Source: Azolla caroliniana
Taxonomy: Eukaryota; Plantae; Polypodiophyta
Assembly (NCBI GenBank): GCA_043228905.1
Contig: JBHGNT010000312.1
Coordinates: forward strand, 1-35,853
Reading direction: 5' to 3'
DNA length: 35,853 bases
In this document: positions 25,901 through 35,853 of the stretch, in pieces
Numbering within the stretch: position 1 is the first letter of the stretch
Layout: each line of letters begins with the position of its first letter
Made by a program: the position numbers and the translations under genes
The notes under the pieces: generated by a model
Database searches by the model: none
What the model was told of the DNA's origin: nothing
The model's input: the letters and a program-made list of their open reading frames with translations, nothing else

Positions 25901-28700
25901 TTTGAACACAAAAATCCGATATCACACGAGCCAGGTATGACCATTTTAATTTACTCACTCGCTCTTCTCAACTACCTCCTCAAATATGCTAATTTCTTCA
26001 TGTCTCTCGACCTGAGTTTCAAAATCTCGATTTTTTAATTCTATATCATAGCTAGCCTTGTTAGCTTCGATTTGCATGTTTGAACACAGCAATCCGATAT
26101 CACACGAGCCAGGTATGACCATTTTAATTTACTCACTCGCTCTTCTCAACTCCCTCCTCAAATATGCTAATTTCCTCATGTCTCTCGACCTGAGTTTCAA
26201 AATCACGATTTTTTAATTCTATATCATAGCTAGCCTTGTTAGTTTCGATTCGCATGTTTGAACACAGAAATCCGATATCACACGAGCCAGGTATGACCAT
26301 TTTAATTTACTCACTAGCTCTTCTCAACTCCCTCCTCCAGCATGCTAATTTCCTCATGTCTTTCGACGTCAGTTTCGAAATCACGATTTTTTAAGTCTAT
26401 ATCATAGCTAGCCTTGTTAGCTTCGATTCGCATGTTTGAACACAGAAATCCGATATCACACGAGCCAGGTATGACCATTTTAATTTACTCACACGCTCTT
26501 CTCAACTCCCTCCTCAAATATGCTAATTTCTTCATGTCTCTCGACCTGAGTTTCAAAATCTTGATTTTTTAATTCTATATCATAGCTAGCCTTGTTAGCT
26601 TCGATTCGCATGTTTGAACACAGAAATCCGATATCACACGAGCCAGGTATGACCATTTTAATTTACTCACTCGCTCTTCTCAACTCCCTCCTCAAATATG
26701 CTAATTTCCTCATGTCTCTCGACCTGAGTTTCAAAATCACGATTTTTTAATTCTATATCATAGCTAGCCTTGTTAGTTTCGATTCGCATGTTTGAACACA
26801 GAAATCCGATATCACACGAGCCAGGTATGACCATTTTAATTTACTCACTCGCTCTTCTCAACTCCCTCCTCCAGCATGCTAATTTCCTCATGTCTTTCGA
26901 CGTCAGTTTCGAAATCACGATTTTTTAATTCTATATCATAGCTAGCCTTGTTAGCTTCGATTTGCATGTTTGAAAACAAAAATCCGATATCACACGAGCC
27001 AGGTATGACCATTTTAATTTACTCACTAGCTCTTCTCAACTCCCTCCTCAAATATGTTAATTTCCTCATGTCTCTCGACCTTAGTTTCAAAATCTCGATT
27101 TTTTAATTCTATATCATAGCTAGCCTTGTTAGCTTCGATTCGCATGTTTGAACACAGAAATCCGATATCACACGAGCCAGGTATGACCATTTTAATTTAC
27201 TCACACGCTCTTCTCAACTCCCTCCTCAAATATGCTAATTTCTTCATGTCTCTCGACCTGAGTTTCAAAATCTCGATTTTTTAATTCTATATCATAGCTA
27301 GCCTTGTTAGTTTCGATTCGCATGTTTGAACACAGAAATCCGATATCACACGAGCCAGGTATGACCATTTTAATTTACTCACTCGCTCTTCTCAACTCCC
27401 TCCTCCAACATGCTAATTTCCTCATGTCTTTCGACGTCAGTTTCAAAATCTTGATTTTTTAATTCTATATCATAGCTAGCCTTGTTAGCTTCGATTCACA
27501 TGTTTGAACACAGAAATCCGATATCACACGAGCCAGGTATGACTATTTTAATTTACTCACACGCTCTTCTCAACTCCCTCCTCAAATATGCTAATTTCTT
27601 CATGTCTCTCGACCTGAGTTTCAAAATCTCGATTTTTTAATTCTATATCATAGCTAGCCTTGTTAGCTTCGATTTGCATGTTTGAACACAGAAATCCGAT
27701 ATCACACGAGCCAGGTATGACCATTTTAATTTACTCACTCGCTCTTCTCAACTCCCTCCTCAAATATGCTAATTTCCGCATGTCTCTCGATCTGAGTTTC
27801 AAAATCTCGATTTTTTAATTCTATATCATACCTAGCGTTGTTAGCTTCGATTCGCATGTTTGAACACAAAAATCCGATATCACACGAGCCAGGTATGACC
27901 ATTTTAATTTACTCACTCGCTCTTCTCAACTCCTTCCTCCAGCATGCTAATTTCCTCATGTCTTTCGACGTCAGTTTCAAAATCTTGATTTTTTAATTCT
28001 ATATCATAGCTAGCCTTGTTAATTTCGATTCGCATGTTTGAACACAGAAATCTGATATCACACGAGCCAGGTATGACCATTTTAATTTACTCACTCGCTC
28101 TTCTCAACTCCCTCCTCCAGCATGCTAATTTCCTCATGTCTTTCGACGTCAGTTTCGAAATCACGATTTTTTAAGTCTATATCATAGCTAGCCTTGTTAG
28201 TTTCGATTCGCATGTTTGAACACAGAAATCCGATATCACACGAGCCTGGTATGACCATTTTAATTTACTCACACGCTCTTCTCAACTCCCTCCTCAAATA
28301 TGCTAATTTCCTCATGTCTCTCGACCTGAGTTTCAAAATCACGATTTTTTAATTCTATATTATAGCTAGCCTTGTTAGATTCGATTCGCATGTTTGAACA
28401 CAGATATCCGATATCACACGAGCCAGGTATGACCATTTTAATTTACTCACTCGCTCTTCTCAACTCCCTCCTCCAACATGCTAATTTCCTCATGTCTTTC
28501 GACGTCAGTTTCAAAATCTTGATTCTTTAATTCTATATCATAGCTAGCCTTGTTAGTTTCGATTCGCATGTTTGAACACAGAAATCCGATATCACAGGAG
28601 CCAGGTATGACCATTTTAATTTACTCACTCGCTCTTCTCAACTCCCTCCTCAAATATGCTAATTTCCTCATCTCTCTCGACCTGAGTTTCAAAATCTCGA
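19990..28700 (+). repeat. Higher-order repeat: 24-monomer (4272-bp = 7+17 monomers) unit, about 2 near-identical tandem copies (boundaries approximate)
   Basis: Variants recur at 4272 bp: CACAGGAG 20053/24325/28597 and 21299/25571, TCCTTATG ~20303/24575, GATTCACATG 23226/27498, GACTATTT 23272/27544, GATTCTTTAA 24253/28525. Confidence 0.9.
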
Positions 28701-31700
28701 TTTTTTAATTCTATATCATAGCTAGCGTTCTTTATTTCGATTCGCATGTTTGAACACAGAAATCCGATATCACACGAGCCAGGTATGACCATTTTAATTT
28801 ACTCACTCGCTCTTCTCAAGTCCCTCCTCAAATATGTTAATTTCCTCATGTCTCTCGACCTGAGTTTCAAACTCACGATTTTTTAATTCTATATCATAGC
28901 TAGCCTTGTTAGCTTCGATTCGCATGTTTGAACACAAAAATCCGATATCACACGAGCCAGGTATGACCATTTTTATTTACTCACTCGCTCTTCTCAACTA
29001 CCTCCTCAAATATGCTAATTTCTTCATGTCTCTCGACCTGAGTTTCAAAATCTCGATTTTTTAATTCTATATGATAGCTAGCCTTGTTAGCTTCGATTTG
29101 CATGTTTGAACACAGCAATCCGATATCACACGAGCCAGGTATGACCATTTTAATTTACTCACTCGCTCTTCTCAACTCCCTCCTCAAATATGCTAATTTC
29201 CTCATGTCTCTCGACCTGAGTTTCAAAATCACGATTTTTTAATTCTATATCATAGCTAGCCTTGTTAGTTTCGATTCGCATGTTTGAACACAGAAATCCG
29301 ATATCACACGAGCCAGGTATGACCATTTTAATTTACTCACTAGCTCTTCTCAACTCCCTCCTCCAGCATGCTAATTTCCTCATGTCTTTCGACGTCAGTT
29401 TCGAAATCACGATTTTTTAAGTCTATATCATAGCTAGCCTTGTTAGCTTCGATTCGCATGTTTGAACACAGAAATCCGATATCACACGAGCCAGGTATGA
29501 CCATTTTAATTTACTCACACGCTCTTCTCAACTCCCTCCTCAAATATGCTAATTTCTTCATGTCTCTCGACCTGAGTTTCAAAATCTTGATTTTTTAATT
29601 CTATATCATAGCTAGCCTTGTTAGCTTCGATTCGCATGTTTGAACACAGAAATCCGATATCACACGAGCCAGGTATGACCATTTTAATTTACTCACTCGC
29701 TCTTCTCAACTCCCTCCTCAAATATGCTAATTTCCTCATGTCTCTCGACCTGAGTTTCAAAATCACGATTTTTTAATTCTATATCATAGCTAGCCTTGTT
29801 AGTTTCGATTCGCATGTTTGAACACAGAAATCCGATATCACACGAGCCAGGTATGACCATTTTAATTTACTCACTCGCTCTTCTCAACTCCCTCCTCCAG
29901 CATGCTAATTTCCTCATGTCTTTCGACGTCAGTTTCGAAATCACGATTTTTTAATTCTATATCATAGCTAGCCTTGTTAGCTTCGATTTGCATGTTTGAA
30001 AACAAAAATCCGATATCACACGAGCCAGGTATGACCATTTTAATTTACTCACTAGCTCTTCTCAACTCCCTCCTCAAATATGTTAATTTCCTCATGTCTC
30101 TCGACCTTAGTTTCAAAATCTCGATTTTTTAATTCTATATCATAGCTAGCCTTGTTAGCTTCGATTCGCATGTTTGAACACAGAAATCCGATATCACACG
30201 AGCCAGGTATGACCATTTTAATTTACTCACACGCTCTTCTCAACTCCCTCCTCAAATATGCTAATTTCTTCATGTCTCTCGACCTGAGTTTCAAAATCTC
30301 GATTTTTTAATTCTATATCATAGCTAGCCTTGTTAGTTTCGATTCGCATGTTTGAACACAGAAATCCGATATCACACGAGCCAGGTATGACCATTTTAAT
30401 TTACTCACTCGATCTTCTCAACTCCCTCCTCCAACATGCTAATTTCCTCATGTCTTTCGACGTCAGTTTCAAAATCTTGATTTTTTAATTCTATATCATA
30501 GCTAGCCTTGTTAGCTTCGATTCGCATGTTTGAACACAGAAATCCGATATCACACGAGCCAGGTATGACCATTTTAATTTACTCACTCGCTCTTCTCAAC
30601 TCCCTCCTCAAATATGCTAATTTCCTCATGTCTCTCGACCTGAGTTTCAAAATCACGATTTTTTAATTCTATATCATAGCTAGCCTTGTTAGTTTCGATT
30701 CGCATGTTTGAACACAGAAATCCGATATCACACGAGCCAGGTATGACCATTTTAATTTACTCACTCGCTCTTCTCAACTCCCTCCTCCAGCATGCTAATT
30801 TCCTCATGTCTTTCGACGTCAGTTTCGAAATCACGATTTTTTAATTCTATATCATAGCTAGCCTTGTTAGCTTCGATTTGCATGTTTGAAAACAAAAATC
30901 CGATATCACACGAGCCAGGTATGACCATTTTAATTTACTCACTAGCTCTTCTCAACTCCCTCCTCAAATATGTTAATTTCCTCATGTCTCTCGACCTTAG
31001 TTTCAAAATCTCGATTTTTTAATTCTATATCATAGCTAGCCTTGTTAGCTTCGATTCGCATGTTTGAACACAGAAATCCGATATCACACGAGCCAGGTAT
31101 GACCATTTTAATTTACTCACACGCTCTTCTCAACTCCCTCCTCAAATATGCTAATTTCTTCATGTCTCTCGACCTGAGTTTCAAAATCTTGATTTTTTAA
31201 TTCTATATCATAGCTAGCCTTGTTAGCTTCGATTCGCATGTTTGAACACAGAAATCCGATATCACACGAGCCAGGTATGACCATTTTAATTTACTCACTC
31301 GCTCTTCTCAACTCCCTCCTCAAATATGCTAATTTCCTCATGTCTCTCGACCTGAGTTTCAAAATCACGATTTTTTAATTCTATATCATAGCTAGCCTTG
31401 TTAGTTTCGATTCGCATGTTTGAACACAGAAATCCGATATCACACGAGCCAGGTATGACCATTTTAATTTACTCACTCGCTCTTCTCAACTCCCTCCTCC
31501 AGCATGCTAATTTCCTCATGTCTTTCGACGTCAGTTTCGAAATCACGATTTTTTAATTCTATATCATAGCTAGCCTTGTTAGCTTCGATTTGCATGTTTG
31601 AAAACAAAAATCCGATATCACACGAGCCAGGTATGACCATTTTAATTTACTCACTCGCTCTTCTCAACTCCCTCCTCAAATATGTTAATTTCCTCATGTC

Positions 31701-33750
31701 TCTCGACCTTAGTTTCAAAATCTCGATTTTTTAATTCTATATCATAGCTAGCCTTGTTAGCTTCGATTCGCATGTTTGAACACAGAAATCCGATATCACA
31801 CGAGCCAGGTATGACCATTTTAATTTACTCACACGCTCTTCTCAACTCCCTCCTCAAATATGCTAATTTCTTCATGTCTCTCGACCTGAGTTTCAAAATC
31901 TCGATTTTTTAATTCTATATCATAGCTAGCCTTGTTAGTTTCGATTCGCATGTTTGAACACAGAAATCCGATATCACACGAGCCAGGTATGACCATTTTA
32001 ATTTACTCACTCGCTCTTCTCAACTCCCTCCTCCAACATGCTAATTTCCTCATGTCTTTCGACGTCAGTTTCAAAATCTTGATTTTTTAATTCTATATCA
32101 TAGCTAGCCTTGTTAGCTTCGATTCGCATGTTTGAACACAGAAATCCGATATCACACGAGCCAGGTATGACCATTTTAATTTACTCACTCGCTCTTCTCA
32201 ACTCCCTCCTCAAATATGCTAATTTCCTCATGTCTCTCGACCTGAGTTTCAAAATCACGATTTTTTAATTCTATATCATAGCTAGCCTTGTTAGTTTCGA
32301 TTCGCATGTTTGAACACAGAAATCCGATATCACACGAGCCAGGTATGACCATTTTAATTTACTCACTCGCTCTTCTCAACTCCCTCCTCCAGCATGCTAA
32401 TTTCCTCATGTCTTTCGACGTCAGTTTCGAAATCACGATTTTTTAATTCTATATCATAGCTAGCCTTGTTAGCTTCGATTTGCATGTTTGAAAACAAAAA
32501 TCCGATATCACACGAGCCAGGTATGACCATTTTAATTTACTCACTAGCTCTTCTCAACTCCCTCCTCAAATATGTTAATTTCCTCATGTCTCTCGACCTT
32601 AGTTTCAAAATCTCGATTTTTTAATTCTATATCATAGCTAGCCTTGTTAGCTTCGATTCGCATGTTTGAACACAGAAATCCGATATCACACGAGCCAGGT
32701 ATGACCATTTTAATTTACTCACTAGCTCTTCTCAACTCCCTCCTCAAATATGCTAATTTCTTCATGTCTCTCGACCTGAGTTTCAAAATCTTGATTTTTT
32801 AATTCTATATCATAGCTAGCCTTGTTAGTTTCGATTCGCATGTTTGAACACAGAAATCCGATATCACACGAGCCAGGTATGACCATTTTAATTTACTCAC
32901 ACGCTCTTCTCAACTCCCTCCTCAAATATGCTAATTTCTTCATGTCTCTCGACCTGAGTTTCAAAATCTCGATTTTTTAATTCTATATCATAGCTAGCCT
33001 TGTTAGTTTCGATTCGCATGTTTGAACACAGAAATCCGATATCACACGAGCCAGGTATGACCATTTTAATTTACTCACTCGCTCTTCTCAACTCCCTCCT
33101 CCAACATGCTAATTTCCTCATGTCTTTCGACGTCAGTTTCAAAATCTTGATTTTTTAATTCTATATCATAGCTAGCCTTGTTAGTTTCGATTCGCATGTT
33201 TGAACACAGAAATCCGATATCACAGGAGCCAGGTATGACCATTTTAATTTACTCACTCGCTCTTCTCAACTCCCTCCTCAAATATGCTAATTTCCGCATG
33301 TCTCTCGATCTGAGTTGTCAAAATCTCGATTTTTTAATTCTATATCATACCTAGCGTTGTTAGCTTCGATTCGCATGTTTGAACACAAAAATCCGATATC
33401 ACACGAGCCAGGTATGACCATTTTAATTTACTCACTCGCTCTTCTCAACTCCTTCCTCCAGCATGCTAATTTCCTCATGTCTTTCGACGTCAGTTTCAAA
33501 ATCTTGATTTTTTAATTCTATATCATAGCTAGCCTTGTTAATTTCGATTCGCATGTTTGAACACAGAAATCTGATATCACACGAGCCAGGTATGACCATT
33601 TTAATTTACTCACTCGCTCTTCTCAACTCCCTCCTCCAGCATGCTAATTTCCTCATGTCTTTCGACGTCAGTTTCGAAATCACGATTTTTTAATTCTATA
33701 TCATAGCTAGCCTTGTTAGTTTCGATTCGCATGTTTGAACACAGAAATCC
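27770..33750 (+). repeat. Proximal copy of the ~6-7 kb satellite block (6 monomers shorter than the 10150-17200 copy)
   Basis: Same ordered rare variants as 10150-17200. The change in offset from 99 to 93 monomers implies a 1068-bp gain or loss around 12.0-13.7 kb. Confidence 0.8.
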
Positions 33751-35853
33751 GATATCACACGAGCCAGGTATGACCATTTTAATTTACTCACTCGCTCTTC
33801 TCAACTCCCTCCTCCAGCATGCTAATTTCCTCATGTCTTTCGACGTCAGTTTCGAAATCACGATTTTTTAATTCTATATCATAGCTAGCCTTGTTAGCTT
33901 CGATTCGCATGTTTGAACACAGAAATCCGATATCACACGAGCCAGGTATGACCATTTTAATTTACTCACTCGCTCTTCTCAAGTCCCTCCTCAAATATGT
34001 TAATTTACTCATGTCTCTCGACCTGAGTTTCAAACTCACGATTTTTTAATTCTATATCATAGCTAGCCTTGTTAGCTTCGATTCGCATGTTTGAACACAA
34101 AAATCCGATATCACACGAGCCAGGTATGACCATTTTTATTTACTCACTCGCTCTTCTCAACTACCTCCTCAAATATGCTAATTTCTTCATGCCTCTCGAC
34201 CTGAGTTTCAAAATCTCGATTTTTTAATTCTATATGATAGCTAGCCTTGTTAGCTTCGATTTGCATGTTTGAACACAGCAATCCGATATCACACGAGCCA
34301 GGTATGACCATTTTAATTTACTCACTCGCTCTTCTCAACTCCCTCCTCAAATATGCTAATTTCCTCATGTCTCTCGACCTGAGTTTCAAAATCACGATTT
34401 TTTAATTCTATATCATAGCTAGCCTTGTTAGTTTCGATTCGCATGTTTGAACACAGAAATCCGATATCACACGAGCCAGGTATGACCATTTTAATTTACT
34501 CACTAGCTCTTCTCAACTCCCTCCTCCAGCATGCTAATTTCCTCATGTCTTTCGACGTCAGTTTCGAAATCACGATTTTTTAAGTCTATATCATAGCTAG
34601 CCTTGTTAGCTTCGATTCGCATGTTTGAACACAGAAATCCGATATCACACGAGCCAGGTATGACCATTTTAATTTACTCACACGCTCTTCTCAACTCCCT
34701 CCTCAAATATGCTAATTTCTTCATGTCTCTCGACCTGAGTTTCAAAATCTTGATTTTTTAATTCTATATCATAGCTAGCCTTGTTAGCTTCGATTCGCAT
34801 GTTTGAACACAGAAATCCGATATCACACGAGCCAGGTATGACCATTTTAATTTACTCACTCGCTCTTCTCAACTCCCTCCTCAAATATGCTAATTTCCTC
34901 ATGTCTCTCGACCTGAGTTTCAAAATCACGATTTTTTAATTCTATATCATAGCTAGCCTTGTTAGTTTCGATTCGCATGTTTGAACACAGAAATCCGATA
35001 TCACACGAGCCAGGTATGACCATTTTAATTTACTCACTCGCTCTTCTCAACTCCCTCCTCCAGCATGCTAATTTCCTCATGTCTTTCGACGTCAGTTTCG
35101 AAATCACGATTTTTTAAGTCTATATCATAGCTAGCCTTGTTAGTTTCGATTCGCATGTTTGAACACAGAAATCCGATATCACACGAGCCTGGTATGACCA
35201 TTTTAATTTACTCACACGCTCTTCTCAACTCCCTCCTCAAATATGCTAATTTCCTCATGTCTCTCGACCTGAGTTTCAAAATCACGATTTTTTAATTCTA
35301 TATTATAGCTAGCCTTGTTAGATTCGATTCGCATGTTTGAACACAGATATCCGATATCACACGAGCCAGGTATGACCATTTTAATTTACTCACTCGCTCT
35401 TCTCAACTCCCTCCTCCAACATGCTAATTTCCTCATGTCTTTCGACGTCAGTTTCAAAATCTTGATTTTTTAATTCTATATCATAGCTAGCCTTGTTAGT
35501 TTCGATTCGCATGTTTGAACACAGAAATCCGATATCACAGGAGCCAGGTATGACCATTTTAATTTACTCACTCGCTCTTCTCAACTCCCTCCTCAAATAT
35601 GCTAATTTCCTCATCTCTCTCGACCTGAGTTTCAAAATCTCGATTTCTTAATTCTATATCATAGCTAGCGTTCTTAATTTCGATTCGCATGTTTGAACAC
35701 AGAAATCCGATATCACACGAGCCAGGTATGACCATTTTAATTTACTCACTCGCTCTTCTCAAGTCCCTCCTCAAATATGTTAATTTCCTCATGTCTCTCG
35801 ACCTGAGTTTCAAACTCACGATTTTTTAATTCTATATCATAGCTAGCCTTGTT

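Larger units (their letters stand above)
5524..35853 (+). repeat. 178-bp tandem satellite array (telomere-associated; possibly centromeric), 170 monomers plus a 77-bp partial, extending beyond the window
   Basis: Representative monomer: ATGCTAATTTCCTCATGTCTCTCGACCTGAGTTTCAAAATCACGATTTTTTAATTCTATATCATAGCTAGCCTTGTTAGTTTCGATTCGCATGTTTGAACACAGAAATCCGATATCACACGAGCCAGGTATGACCATTTTAATTTACTCACTCGCTCTTCTCAACTCCCTCCTCAAAT (178 nt). Monomers start at 5524, 5702 and 5872, then every 178 bp (phase checked at 14950, 24918 and 33284; 35777 after a +1 insertion at 33317). Confidence 0.98.

Noticed and set aside
33315-33515. 66-aa ORF (+)
   Set aside because: Its TTG start is created by the single-G insertion at 33317, which may be an error. 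The rest is translated satellite.
5524-35853. CRISPR array or other repeat-spacer system
   Set aside because: There are no unique spacers; the whole 178-bp unit repeats. No cas genes are present and the context is a eukaryotic telomere.
5524-35853. Identity with Arabidopsis thaliana CEN178/CEN180
   Set aside because: The length is the same and a short CCTTGTTAG is shared, but the rest does not match my recollection of that consensus. A BLAST search would settle it.
5524-35853. Tandem RNA gene array (5S rDNA, tRNA, snRNA, spliced leader)
   Set aside because: No 5S or tRNA sequence, internal A/B/C boxes or conserved-gene-plus-variable-spacer layout is recognisable. CAGGTATG resembles a splice donor, but it is only a short motif with no supporting context.

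Overview
This window is the left end of a plant-type eukaryotic chromosome or contig. I find no protein-coding genes, RNA genes, transposons or CRISPR arrays. Bases 1-5524 are an Arabidopsis-type telomere, (CCCTAAA)n on + and (TTTAGGG)n on -, of about 785 units. It is interrupted at 237-259 by CAGTGGTATCAACGCAGAGTACT, a SMART/PacBio low-input amplification adapter and therefore a library artefact. A cluster of imperfect units lies at 3021-3943. At 5523-5524 the telomere joins, through a 2-nt TA overlap and with no degenerate transition zone, an uninterrupted head-to-tail 178-bp satellite. The satellite runs to the end of the window: 170 monomers plus a 77-bp partial one, about 38% GC, with only two length changes seen. 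It has two monomer subtypes and nested higher-order duplications (4/5/6-mer, 7-mer, 11-mer, 24-mer, and a ~6-7 kb block repeated 93-99 monomers away). I cannot assign the satellite to a named family or species. The three supplied ORFs are chance products of satellite point variants. The best biological leads are a telomere apparently healed directly onto the satellite, and the possibility that the satellite is centromeric (telocentric end). Both are inferences; the sequence alone does not demonstrate a new biological system.
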